From NCBI GenBank assembly GCA_963700285.1, contig CAVOXA010000010.1, positions 1,216,001-1,280,000 of the forward strand: a stretch of DNA of 64,000 bases. Reading direction: 5' to 3'. Of the stretch, positions 23,725-33,996 are shown piece after piece (positions within the stretch are counted from its first letter, which is position 1; each line of letters opens with the position of its first letter). The position numbers were made by a program, and so were the translations under genes. The notes below the pieces were generated by a model, which had not been told where the DNA came from, searched no databases, and was given only the letters and a program-made list of their open reading frames with translations. Source of the DNA: an uncultured Chloroflexia bacterium. GTDB taxonomy: Bacteria; Chloroflexota; Anaerolineae; JAAYZQ01.

Positions 23725-23751
23725 TTAGCACTCAAGGGCAGAGAGTGCTAA
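23725..23751. promoter_or_regulatory. CIRCE operator (HrcA site)
   Basis: Perfect TTAGCACTC-N9-GAGTGCTAA; the inverted repeat extends a further 6 bp (AGATCG/CGATCT). Confidence 0.97.
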
Positions 23752-23766
23752 CGATCTCCTTTTCAG

Positions 23767-23795
23767 ATAATACCACGAACCACACTTGCTGTCAA
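23767..23795 (-). promoter_or_regulatory. Sigma70 promoter of the hrcA operon
   Basis: TTGACA-17 nt-TATTAT with extended -10 TG. Confidence 0.8.
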
Positions 23796-23945
23796 GAAGT
23801 GGAGCGCACAAGTCTGGGAGAATTGCATTTGACTGAAGACAGGCGTCTCTCCCGGTGGCGTCCCGGGCAGGCAGGCACGCCTTCTGGATCGTGGACCGGG
23901 TGAACCACCCTCAAGACAAGGGCTGGAGATCCTTCGGATAGGTGC

Positions 23946-25355
23946 TCAGTATGCGTGGCGATCGCCAAAGATGGCAAAAAAGGTGCGGAGCATGATCCGG
24001 AAGTCAAGCCAGAGAGACCAGTTCTCGATGTACCATAGGTCGTACTTTGTTCGTTCGGCGATAGAAGTATCACCGCGCAGACCGTTCACCTGGGCCCAGC
24101 CGGTCATTCCTGCCTTTTCCCGGTGGCGGTCCATGTAGCGGGGGATGCTGTGCCGGAATTGCTCGACGTATACCGGGCGCTCCGGGCGTGGCCCAACCAG
24201 GCTCATTTCACCCAAAAAAACGTTGATGAACTGGGGCAGCTCGTCGATGGAGAGCCTTCGGATCAAGCTGCCCAGGCGAGTAACCCGTGGGTCACCCTCC
24301 GTCGTCCAGCCTGGCCCGTCCTTCTCGGCGTCCGTTCGCATGGATCGAAACTTGAGGCACCAGAATGGCCGGGCATCCAGTCCCATCCGCTCTTGAGCGT
24401 AAAACACCGAACCGGGTGAATCGAGCTTGATGGCAGCGGCAACCAGCATCAAGATGGGTGAGAGCAACACCAGCGCCAGGGCGCTGCCCACCAGGTCGAC
24501 CACTCTCTTCAGGGTCAGCTTCCAGCCCCGAAGGGCCACGTCGCGCACGCTGAGCAGGGGCAAGCCTCCCAGGTCGCCGATGCTCAGCTCGGTGGCAATG
24601 ATCTGGAACAGATCGGGAAAGATCTTGACGCCAACCTGTCCTTGCTCGCAGCGCGAGATGATGGCCAGCGCCTCCTGGTGCGTCAGTTCTGAACGGCCAA
24701 TGATCACTTCTTCAACTTGGTGCTCTGTGATAAGATCGGGCAGATCGTCTACCCCGCCTAGTATCGGAATTCCCATGATCTGCTGGCCATGCGCGGCTTC
24801 TCCGTCTACAAATCCGACAACACGGTAGCCCAGTTGAGGTGACTGTCTGACCTTTTGCAGGATCATCCGGCCCACATCGCCTGTGCCGACGATAAGGAGC
24901 CGGTCGGCCCATACACCCCGCTTCCGGAGCCAATTGCGCAGCCAGGCCAGCGCGGAACGGCCAACGGCTACCAGCAGGACCGTCAGCACCCAGGCATAGA
25001 TGACCATCACCCGGGGAAAATCTACCTGTAACCTGCTGTTTTTGAATAGAAAGGTGGTAGCGGCGATGGTGACGATGGTGCCAATGGAGGTGGCGGCAAA
25101 AATCCGGTAGAATTCATCCAGGCGGAGCATGCTGCGCTTGACATCGTACAGCCGCGAGAAAAAATAGACCGTCAGCATCGTGACCACCTGTACGACCATC
25201 ATCAGCAGGTAATCGCGATAGGGGCCGATGTTGACCGGTGGGGGCACGGCCACCAGACGGCGCAGCCCATAGGCCAAGTAGAAAGCCATAGCGACCATCG
25301 CCATGTCATTGACCACCAACAGCATGGTGTATAGCGCATCGGTCTTGCGTCTCAT
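23946..25355 (-). CDS. Undecaprenyl-phosphate glycosylphosphotransferase (WcaJ/CpsE-like priming transferase)
   Basis: KFRSM, DPRVTRLG, SIDELPQF, GEMSLVGPRPE, GMTGWAQVNG; N-terminal TMs. Confidence 0.93.
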   Translation of the reverse strand: MRRKTDALYTMLLVVNDMAMVAMAFYLAYGLRRLVAVPPPVNIGPYRDYLLMMVVQVVTMLTVYFFSRLYDVKRSMLRLDEFYRIFAATSIGTIVTIAATTFLFKNSRLQVDFPRVMVIYAWVLTVLLVAVGRSALAWLRNWLRKRGVWADRLLIVGTGDVGRMILQKVRQSPQLGYRVVGFVDGEAAHGQQIMGIPILGGVDDLPDLITEHQVEEVIIGRSELTHQEALAIISRCEQGQVGVKIFPDLFQIIATELSIGDLGGLPLLSVRDVALRGWKLTLKRVVDLVGSALALVLLSPILMLVAAAIKLDSPGSVFYAQERMGLDARPFWCLKFRSMRTDAEKDGPGWTTEGDPRVTRLGSLIRRLSIDELPQFINVFLGEMSLVGPRPERPVYVEQFRHSIPRYMDRHREKAGMTGWAQVNGLRGDTSIAERTKYDLWYIENWSLWLDFRIMLRTFFAIFGDRHAY

Positions 25356-26305
25356 GGTCCCGACTCCTTGCTCTGGACCGGTACCGCGGAAGCGACCCCC
25401 CGCTGCTCGGCCGGCCGCAAGCGGTCTTGCAGCACCGCCCGGCCGCCCATCAGAGCGACCGCGGCATAGATAAGCCAATTCAGCAGGAAAAAGGTCTGGT
25501 CCTTAAAGTGTTTGTCGTGGAACAAGCGCATCGTCTCATAGAACTGTACATTGGCAAAATGGCTCCGCTGTTTGCTCGACTGGCCCTTATAGTGGAGCAC
25601 CGTCACCGCTGCGTTGTACCACACCTGCCAGTTCCGCTGCTTGACGCGGTAGCAGAGGTCCAGGTCTTCGGCGTACATAAAGTACTGCTCATCCAGCAAG
25701 CCAACCTGTTCCAGCACCTCCCCCCGCATGAGCATAAAGGCGCCTACCACCGAATCTACTTCCGTGGTGACGTCGGGTGGCAGATAGGTGAGGTTATAGC
25801 GCCCAAAGCGCTTGCTGCCGGGGAAGAGCCGGCTCAAGCCGGACATGCGGTAGGCGGCTACTTGTGGCGTCGGAAAACTGCGCCGGCATGCCTTGTCCAG
25901 GCTGCCATCCACCCGGACCAATCGCGGACCGGCCACACCGGCCTGGGGATGCGCCTCCATAAAGGCCAGCATGTCCGCCAGCGCCGAGGGCGGCAGAACC
26001 GTGTCCGGGTTCAACAGCATGGCATAGCAGGGCCGGTCGGGACCGGCGGCGCCTTCATCGTCGGAGAAACCAAAGGCCCTCAGCCCCAGGTTGTTGCCGG
26101 CGGCGTAGCCGCTGTTCTCTGTGCGGATGAGCCGCACCTGGGGGTACTCGGCCGCGACCATGTCGGCGCTGCCATCGTCAGAATCGTTGTCGACGACGCA
26201 GACCGAAAAAGCAAACTCTCCCCGGCTATCATACACCGAGGCCAGGCAGTCCCGCAACAGGTCGCGGACGTTATAGTTTACGATGACGATCCCCAGATCG
26301 AGCAT
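25352..26305 (-). CDS. Glycosyltransferase family 2 (WbbL-like)
   Basis: VIVNYN, VVDNDSDDGS, GYAAGNN, LLNPDT, FMYAEDLDLC. Confidence 0.92.
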   Translation of the reverse strand: MLDLGIVIVNYNVRDLLRDCLASVYDSRGEFAFSVCVVDNDSDDGSADMVAAEYPQVRLIRTENSGYAAGNNLGLRAFGFSDDEGAAGPDRPCYAMLLNPDTVLPPSALADMLAFMEAHPQAGVAGPRLVRVDGSLDKACRRSFPTPQVAAYRMSGLSRLFPGSKRFGRYNLTYLPPDVTTEVDSVVGAFMLMRGEVLEQVGLLDEQYFMYAEDLDLCYRVKQRNWQVWYNAAVTVLHYKGQSSKQRSHFANVQFYETMRLFHDKHFKDQTFFLLNWLIYAAVALMGGRAVLQDRLRPAEQRGVASAVPVQSKESGP

Positions 26306-26309
26306 AAGT

Positions 26310-27467
26310 CTATGCCAGGATACTCCGAGCAATCACCACCCGCTGGATCTCGCTGGTGCCCTCATAGATTTCGGTGATCTTGGCGTCGCGGAAATGGCGC
26401 TCCACCGGGTATTCTTTGCTGTAGCCATTGCCGCCATAGATCTGGACCGCCTTGGTCGTGACCCACATGGCCGTCTCCGCGGCGTAGAGCTTGGCCATGG
26501 CCGCCGGCAGCGTGTAGCGCGCCCCGGTCGCCTTGGCCTCCTCCTTGGCCAGGGCCGCCTGGTAGGTCAACAACCGAGCGGCTTCCAGTCGCGTCTTCAT
26601 GTCGGCCAGCATCCACTGAATGCCCTGAAACTGGGCGATGGGCTGTCCAAACTGCTCCCGCTCTTTGGCATAGTCGCGGGCCGCCTCGTAGGCCGCCTCG
26701 GCGATGCCCACCGCCTGGGCCGCGATGCCGATCCGGCCCGCATCTAGAATGGCCAGGCCGATCTTGAAGCCCGCGCCCTCGTCGCCCAACCGGTGCCAGG
26801 CGGGCAGGCGGTAGTTCTCGAAAACCAACTCTGACGTATGAGACGCCCGGATACCCAGTTTGGGTTCCACTTTTCCGGGGGAAAAGCCCGGAAAGGTCGT
26901 GTCCACGACAAAGGCCGAGATGCCCCGGTGACCCAGGCCCCGGTCCGTCATGGCAAACAGAATCACATAATCCGCATTGGGGCCGCTGGTCACCCACGCC
27001 TTCAGGCCGTTGATCACGTACTCGTCCGCCGCCGGGTCGTATTCGGCGGTGCAGCGCATGTTCGCCGGGTCGGAGCCAGCCTGGGCCTCGGTCAGCGAAT
27101 AGGCGCCCAGCTTCTCGCCACTGGCCAGGGGGCGCAGAAACGCCTCCTTCTGGCGCTCGGTACCAAAGACATAGAGCCCGTGGCAGACCAGCGAGTTGTT
27201 GACCGACATGATGACCCCATGGGAGGCACAGGCTTTGGAGATTTCGATCATGGACAGCACGTAGCTGAGGGTGTCCAGACCCGTGCCATCGTACTCTTCT
27301 GGGATCTCGATGCCCATGAAGCCCAGATCACCCATCTTTTGGACCGTCTCGACAGGAAAGCGGCCCTCCTCGTCGATCTCGGCGGCGATGGGCGCGATCT
27401 CTTTCTGGGCAAAATCCCGCGCCATGTCCTGGATCATCCTGTGTTCTTCGGTCAGCTTTAGGTCCAT
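26310..27467 (-). CDS. Acyl-CoA dehydrogenase (butyryl/short-chain type)
   Basis: AYSLTEAQAGSD, GLKAWVTSG, KLGIRAS, QIYGGNGY, EIYEGTSEIQR. Confidence 0.95.
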   Translation of the reverse strand: MDLKLTEEHRMIQDMARDFAQKEIAPIAAEIDEEGRFPVETVQKMGDLGFMGIEIPEEYDGTGLDTLSYVLSMIEISKACASHGVIMSVNNSLVCHGLYVFGTERQKEAFLRPLASGEKLGAYSLTEAQAGSDPANMRCTAEYDPAADEYVINGLKAWVTSGPNADYVILFAMTDRGLGHRGISAFVVDTTFPGFSPGKVEPKLGIRASHTSELVFENYRLPAWHRLGDEGAGFKIGLAILDAGRIGIAAQAVGIAEAAYEAARDYAKEREQFGQPIAQFQGIQWMLADMKTRLEAARLLTYQAALAKEEAKATGARYTLPAAMAKLYAAETAMWVTTKAVQIYGGNGYSKEYPVERHFRDAKITEIYEGTSEIQRVVIARSILA

Positions 27468-27645
27468 TCAGGCCTCCTCAGTGCCCATTCCGCTAGATTA
27501 TACTACAGAAGCGCTTCCAGGAAAAGCGCAGTGGTTTGGCAGGACTGGCAGTCCTACAGTGGAGATTCCCAGTCCCCAAGCAGCGCTTCAGACGCTTCAG
27601 GGGATTGGTGCACCAACTTTTCATCTTTCCGAGATCCGCGTCCCA

Positions 27646-27691
27646 TGAAGCGTCAGGGGAAGCGGATGTGAGGCGCCCCTTGGTATATACT
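27646..27691 (+). promoter_or_regulatory. Activator-type promoter, copy A: three heptamer direct repeats + -10 TATACT
   Basis: TGAAGCG (27646), GGAAGCG (27658), TGAGGCG (27669), then TATACT at 27686; spacing is conserved in copy B. Confidence 0.55.
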
Positions 27692-27738
27692 ACCCTCAGA
27701 ACAAGGGTACGGCTATCACAGGAAAGGAGAATTGTCAG

Positions 27739-28308
27739 ATGTCTGAGGAACAAAAGACTGCGGCGAAAGAGGAACAGGCGGTTGGTCTGGTATCCGGGGA
27801 GCCGGTTCAGGTGCCCAAGCGGCGGAGGGCAGAGCCTCCCATCCGGACGGGCGAGATGTCCAAGGCTGGCTCTCAACTTTTCACGGTGCGCATGTGGCCA
27901 GAACCTCTGGATGATGGCCAGGTTGAGTGGCGGGGCAAGGTCGATCATGTGGCCAGTGGCGAGGGTTATGCCTTCCGTGACTGGGCCAGGTTGGCAACCT
28001 GCATCGAAAAGATGCTGCAAGGGGTCTTTCGGCGCCAGGGAAAAGCCATCACAGCCAGCGGCTTCCACCGCCCAATTATACTACAGAACTGTTCCAGGGA
28101 AAAGCATCGTAGACTGCCCGGACGAGCAAGTGCCCGCCTGGTGCCTGAGGGGACGGACAGGCGCCGAGCGAACCGCTATCTATCGCATGGGGCGAGGTTG
28201 CGACTGGCTTTCCCCTATTCAGCGCTTCAGAAGCTTCGTTTGGTTGGCACTCCAACATCATCTTTCCGAGATCCGCTCTCGATGAAGCGCTTCGCGAAAC
28301 GGATGTGA
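27739..28308 (+). CDS. Small conserved hypothetical protein, copy A (homologous core ~93 aa; extension past ~28020 probably spurious)
   Basis: AAGGAG SD; SQLFTVRMWPE...EWRGKVDHVASGEGYAFRDW core nearly identical to copy B. Confidence 0.7.
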   Translation: MSEEQKTAAKEEQAVGLVSGEPVQVPKRRRAEPPIRTGEMSKAGSQLFTVRMWPEPLDDGQVEWRGKVDHVASGEGYAFRDWARLATCIEKMLQGVFRRQGKAITASGFHRPIILQNCSREKHRRLPGRASARLVPEGTDRRRANRYLSHGARLRLAFPYSALQKLRLVGTPTSSFRDPLSMKRFAKRM

Positions 28309-28328
28309 AGCGGCCACTGGTGTATACT
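28283..28328 (+). promoter_or_regulatory. Activator-type promoter, copy B
   Basis: TGAAGCG (28283), CGAAACG (28295), TGAAGCG (28306), TATACT (28323). Confidence 0.55.
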
Positions 28329-28381
28329 GTCCTCAGAACGGTGGCAAAACCAACACAGGAAAGAACAAAGGAGGGCGTCAG

Positions 28382-28696
28382 ATGTCTGAGGAGCAAAAGG
28401 CCGTGGCGAAAGAGGAACAAACGGTTGGCCTGGTATCCGGAACACCGGTCCAGGTACGCAAACGGCGGGCAGCGGAGCCGCCCATCCGGACGGGAGGGGC
28501 GACCAAAAGTGGCTCACAGCTCTTTACGGTGCGCATGTGGCCGGAGCCGATGGACGATGGCCAGGTCGAATGGCGGGGCAAGGTCGATCACGTGGCCAGC
28601 GGCGAGGGCTATGCCTTCCGCGACTGGGCCTGGCTGACAACCTGCATCGAAAAGATGCTGCTGGGGGGCTGGCGCAGGGGAGTCGGTGTGGGCTAA
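28382..28696 (+). CDS. Small conserved hypothetical protein, copy B (104 aa)
   Basis: AAGGAGG SD; paralog of the 27739 ORF. Confidence 0.75.
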   Translation: MSEEQKAVAKEEQTVGLVSGTPVQVRKRRAAEPPIRTGGATKSGSQLFTVRMWPEPMDDGQVEWRGKVDHVASGEGYAFRDWAWLTTCIEKMLLGGWRRGVGVG

Positions 28697-28791
28697 CGTG
28701 CCTTCATTGCGATGAGTGCAGCGGAAATGGAACGGGTATTCGAGGCAGCTGGCAGGAGCCAGCTGCTTCGAATACGTATGTCAACCTAAAT

Positions 28792-28820
28792 TTGCCCCCC
28801 AGCTCTGAATGTGATATAAT
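28792..28820 (+). promoter_or_regulatory. Sigma70 promoter of the AfsR-like regulator
   Basis: TTGCCC-17 nt-TATAAT with TG extension. Confidence 0.6.
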
Positions 28821-28992
28821 AGTTCGCGACCGGACCATGGAATCCTGCCCTGCATCGTAGTCCTTCCCCAAAGCTCTCACCAGGGCAGCCGTCAACCGAC
28901 GCAGTAGCGGGCCGGATCGGGCCCTCTGGCGGAGTGTCGTCGTAGCCCGTAGCACGCCTTCCCTATGCTCACGCAGCACAAGGAGGTCGAAG

Positions 28993-30278
28993 TTGGCGCC
29001 TGTCTTGCACATTCGCCTGCTGGGGGATTGCTCTCTCTGTTATGATGGTGCGCCGGCCGTAACGGAGGTCAATACCCCCCGTCTGCAATCCTTACTCGCC
29101 TATCTCCTCCTGCACCGCGCCGCCCCCCAATCGCGCTCCCACGTTGCCTTCCAGTTCTGGCCCGACTCGACCGAGGCCCAGGCCCACAGCAACCTGCGCA
29201 CGCTGCTGCACCGCCTGCGCCAGGCGCTGCCCGATGCGGACCAGTTCCTATCGGTCGAGGGGCAGACGGTGCAGTGGCGGCAGGATGCGCCCTATACCCT
29301 GGATGTGGCCGGTTTTGAGCAGGCGGTGAGCCGAGCAGAACGGACCGGGGAAGAAGCGGCTCGAAGAGCCGCCTTGGAGCGGGCTATCGAGCTGTATGGC
29401 GGCGAGCTGCTGCCCAGTTGTTACGACGATTGGATCCTGCCCCAGCGGGAGCGGCTGCACCAGGCCTACATCCGGGCCATGGAGCAGTTGATCCGACTGC
29501 TGGAAGAGGAGCGCGAGTACGATCAGGCGCTGCGCTACGCCCAGCGCCTGCTGCGAGACGACCCGCTGCACGAGGCGGGCTACCGGCGGCTGATGCGGCT
29601 GCGGGCCCTGAGCGGCGACCGCGCCGGGGCGCTGCGCGTCTACCACGACTGCGAGTCACATCCTCCAGCGCGAGCTGGGCGTGGAGCCCAGTGCGGCCAC
29701 GCAGCGGGCCTACGAAGAGTTGTTGCAGGCCGAATCCCGGCCCGTAGCTGCCAGCGGGCCCATGCCTGGTGTGTCACCCCTTGTCGGGCGCGAAGAGGAG
29801 TGGACTCGCCTGCAGACTGCCTGGTGGCGGTCGGCCCGTGGGCCGCGCTTCGTTTTACTGCAAGGCGAAGCCGGCATTGGCAAAACGCGACTGGTGGAGG
29901 AGTTGCTCCATTGGGCGAAACGGCAGGGGATCGAGTGCGCCTACGCCCGTAGCTACGCCGCCGAGGGCGAACTGGCCTACGCCCCGGTGACCGCCCTGCT
30001 GCAGGCCCGTCCCCTGCCGCCCCTGGAGGACGTCTGGCTCAGTGAAGTGGCCCGCTTGCTGCCCGAGGTGCTGGCCGAACGGCCGGGCCTGCCGCCGCCA
30101 CAGCCCATGACCGAAGCCTGGCAGCGCCAGCGGCTCTTTCAGGCCCTGGCCCGGGCGGTGCTGGGCAACGGCTCGCCGCCAGAGCCCCTGTTGCTGGCTA
30201 TAGAGGACCTGCAGTGGTGTGACCGCGAGAGCCTGGATTGGCTGCACTACCTGCTGCGATTCGATCCGCGGCGCGCAT
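28993..30278 (+). pseudogene. AfsR/SARP-type regulator copy 1: wHTH + BTAD + start of AAA ATPase, truncated (frameshift ~29655)
   Basis: LHIRLLG, LLAYLLLH, FWPDSTEAQAHSNLRTLL, DPLHEAGYRRLM, GEAGIGKTRL, AIEDLQWCD; breaks off at ~30278. Confidence 0.75.
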
Positions 30279-30280
30279 TA

Positions 30281-33200
30281 CCCAGGCCCACAGCAACCTG
30301 CGCACGCTGCTGCACCGCCTGCGCCAGGCGCTGCCCGATGCGGACCAGTTCATATCGGTCGAGGGACAGACGCTGCAGTGGCGCCAGGAGGCGCCCTACA
30401 CCCTGGATGTGGCCGCTTTTGAGCAGGCAGTGAGCCGAGCAGAACGGACCGGGGAAGAAGCGGCTCGAAGAGCCGCCTTGGAGCGGGCATCGAGCTGTAT
30501 GCGCGGCGAGCTGCTGCCCAGTTGTTACGACGATTGGATCCTGCCCGAGCGGGAGCGGCTGCACCAGGCCTACGTCCGGGCCATGGAGCAGTTGATCCAA
30601 CTGCTGGAAGAGGAACGCGAGTACGATCAGGCGCTGCGCTACGCCCAACGCCTGCTGCGAGACGACCCATTGCACGAGGCGGGCTACCGGCGGCTGATGC
30701 GCCTTCGGGCCTTGAGCGGCGACCGGGCCGGGGCGCTGCGCGTCTACCATGACTGTGTCACCGTCCTCCAGCGCGAACTGGGCGTGGAGCCTAGTCCAGC
30801 CACCCAGCGGGCCTACGAGCGGGTGCTGCGTGTCGAGCCTGGCCCCGAATCCGAAACAAGGACAACCCCTATGGTCTCGCCGCTGGTGGGGCGGGAAGAC
30901 GGAGTGGGCCGGGTTGCGGAGCGCCTGGCGGCGGTCGGCTCGCGGGCCGCGCTTTGCGCTGGTGCTGGGCGAGGCAGGCATCGGCAAGACGCGGCTGGTG
31001 GAGGAACTGCTGCATTGGGCACAGCGGCGGGGGATCGAGTGCGCCTACGCCCGCTGCTACGCCGCCGAGGGCGAGCTGGCCTACGCCCCGGTGTCCGTCC
31101 TGCTGAGGGCCCGGCCCCTGCCAGCCCTGGACGACGTCTGGCTCAGCGAGGTGGCCCGCCTGCTGCCCGAGGTGCTGGGCGAGCGGCCGGACCTGCCCGC
31201 TCCCCAGCCCATGACCGAGAGATGGCAGCGCCTGCGGTTGTTCGAGGCCCTGGCCAGGGCTGTGCTGAGAGAGGGACAGCCAACCCTGCTGGTCATCGAC
31301 GACCTGCACTGGTGTGATCCGGAAACGCTGGACTGGCTGCATTTCTTGTTGCGCTTTGATGTGCGAGCACGGTTGCTGGTGGTGGGCACCTGCCGGCCGG
31401 AGGAGCTGGACGAGGACTGCCCCTTTGCCGCCGCGCTGCCCGTGCTGCACCGTGACGTGCGGCTGACCGAGATCAAAGTGGGCCCGCTGAATAATGAAGA
31501 GACGGCGGCCCTGGCCTCCAACGTGGCCCGGGAGGAACTGGATCCGGCGGCAGCGGGAAATCTCTACCGAGAGACGGAAGGCAACCCCCTCTTCGTCGTC
31601 GAAACGGTGCGGGCGGCTCTGCGCAGTGAAGGGCGGGGGCTGATCCTTGGAGATGGCGAACTGGAGGACGGGCAGCCAGCACTTCGCGAGCGAGGTCTTG
31701 CCCCCACGGGTGCAGGCGGTGCTGGCCACGCGCCTGGCGCAGCTCTCGCCTCCGGCCCGCGAGCTGGCTGGGCTGGCGGCCATCATCGGCCGGGCTTTTA
31801 CCGTCCCCGTGCTGCAGGCGGCGGGCAACGGGGACGAGGATGCCCTGGTGCGCGGGCTGGACGAACTGTGGCAGCGGCGCATCGTGCGCGAGCGGGGCGT
31901 CGACGCCTACGACTTTTCCCACGACAAGCTGCGGGAGGCGGCCTACGACGCCTTGAGCCCGGCCCGGCGCAGATTGCTCCACCGCCAGGTGGCCCGGGTC
32001 CTGGAGACCACCTACGCCTCGGACCCGGATGCCGTCGCCCGGCGGCTGGCGGTCCACTATGAGCGGGCAGGCCTGGCGGAGAAGGCGGTTCCCTGCTACC
32101 TGCGGGCCGGTCGAGGCGGCCAACCGGATCTTTGCCAGCGACGAGGCCGAGGCCTCCTTCCGGCGGGGACTGGTCCTGCTGGCAGGAGGATCCTGGTCCC
32201 CGATCTCAGGAAGCCTGGCGTCGGGAGATGGCGGCCGGGCTCTATGAGGGCCTGGGTGACGCACTGAGGGTGGTCCGGGCTGATGAGGCATGGAAGGCCT
32301 ACCAGGACGCGCTCGCAGGCTACTGGCGAGGAAGAGCGGCTGGCACGGGCGCGTCTCCAGCGCAAGATTGGCTTCAACTGGGTGGGGCAGGGGCAGTTCG
32401 ACCGGGCCGTGCAAGCCTTCGATCTGGCCGAAGTCTCTCCTGGGCCAGGAACCATTCCAGCCTATTGCCAATTGGTGGCAAGAATGGGGGGACGTACAGG
32501 GTCATCGGTTGCACGCCTACTACTGTATGGGCCGCTGGCGCGAGATGGCCCGAGTGTTGGACGAAGCTGCGGCCGACCGTGGAACAATATGGAACAGTCC
32601 GGCTTCGTGGCTTCTATCTTTGGCAACCGCGTCGATCATGGCCATGAGGCGGGATCGCTAGTCATCTCTGACGAGACCCTGGCTGATGCCCGGGCTGGCT
32701 GGCGACAACACTGGAGCTGGGGATCGATTCTGGATCGAGTGGTCCCACTACCAGTTGGGTTGGCTCCTCGTGCTGCGTGGCGAATTTGAGGAAGCCGAGG
32801 AATACTTGCTCAAGGGCCTAACCATGGTCAAGCAGACGCGGAATCTGTGGGTGGAGACCTACATGTTGAACTGGCTAGCCGTGCTCTGGCGCAAGCGCGG
32901 GCAGGTACGGGAAGCACGCCGCTACGCCGAGCAAGGTCTGATGACGGCACCTACTGGTGCACCAACTGGAGCAGGTGGCTCTAGCCCAGGCAAATCTGGC
33001 CTGGGTCGCCTGGCGCGAAGGGGACATGGACGAGGCGCAGACCCTGGCCCAGGCTGCGCTGGACTCGTGGCAGCGATCCCAATTGGTCCACGCCTTCCAC
33101 TGGACGGGGCGCTGGCCGCTGTTGGCCATGGCCCTGGACGCGGACAGGCTCTCGGAGGCCCTGGATCACGCGCGGGCGATGCTGGATCCCATGCAGCAGA

Positions 33201-33342
33201 AGCTGCCCCGGCCCATGGAATCTGCCCTGGAAGGCGGCCATTCAGGCCGGTGAGGCGGGCCAGCCGGAAGTGGTTCGAGCATGGCTCCAGCAGGCCGTCG
33301 AGGTGGCCCAGGAGGCAGGGGTACTCTGGTAGCAGCTCATGA
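30281..33342 (+). CDS. AfsR/SARP-type STAND regulator copy 2: BTAD + AAA ATPase + TPR-like repeats (lacks extreme N-terminus; multiple frameshifts)
   Basis: Restarts at QAHSNLRTLL; GEAGIGKTRL, DDLHWCD, ETEGNPLFVVE, YDFSHDKLREAAY; helical repeats in pieces to ~33340. Confidence 0.75.
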
Positions 33343-33621
33343 CCCTGAGCACAGAAGAAATTGTCCCGAGCGGCCAAGGAGGATCTGTCTCTGGGCCGGT
33401 GGAGCGATTCTTCGCTCCTTTCAGTCGCGTCGAGAATGATCATTGAGTGCTAGGCGGTTGGATTTCTGTACATCCAGACAGAGTGCTGGTATTGGCAGTC
33501 CTCAGGAGGTGATGCCTATGCATAACCGGGGGCAGGCTCCCAGGCCCGGGGCCGGGGCGGGAGCTGGCTCGTTCTGTCCAACGGCCCAGCAGATCCACCA
33601 AGAAGAAAGGAGTATAGCATT

Positions 33622-33918
33622 ATGGGTCGCTATCTGGTTATTTGGGAGATTAACAACGCCAGGCTGTCCGATGATCCGCAGGAGAGGGCTGCGGCCGCCA
33701 AAGCGTCCATGCAGGCCGTCCAGCAGGGGATTGAATCGGGTATGATCAAGGAGTGGGGAGCATTCCTGGGCCTGGAGAAAGGTTTTGGCGTCTATGAGGG
33801 GTCTGAGGTGGAGGTGGCTGCCTTCCTGCAGCAATTTGCACCGTGGGCCAGCGACAAAGTCCTACCCTATGTCACGGCGCATGAACTCAGCGCCATGGTA
33901 GACGCCATGATGGCTTGA
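33622..33918 (+). CDS. Small ferredoxin-fold protein (DUF3303/muconolactone-isomerase-like)
   Basis: AAGGAG SD; MGRYLVIWE...SGMIKEWGAF..G.GVYEG pattern. Confidence 0.65.
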   Translation: MGRYLVIWEINNARLSDDPQERAAAAKASMQAVQQGIESGMIKEWGAFLGLEKGFGVYEGSEVEVAAFLQQFAPWASDKVLPYVTAHELSAMVDAMMA

Positions 33919-33996
33919 TCGCCCGAAAAGCGGGCGCAGGAGCCGGGCTGGCAGCCGTGGAACCCAGCGTCCCGTTGGATTGCCAGCCCTTTTTGT

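Noticed and set aside
33361-33441. Degenerate palindromic element after the regulator as a novel ncRNA
   Set aside because: Resembles a decayed REP-like repeat (..GAGCG..GGATCT..GATTCTTCGCT..GAATGA); no promoter or terminator support.
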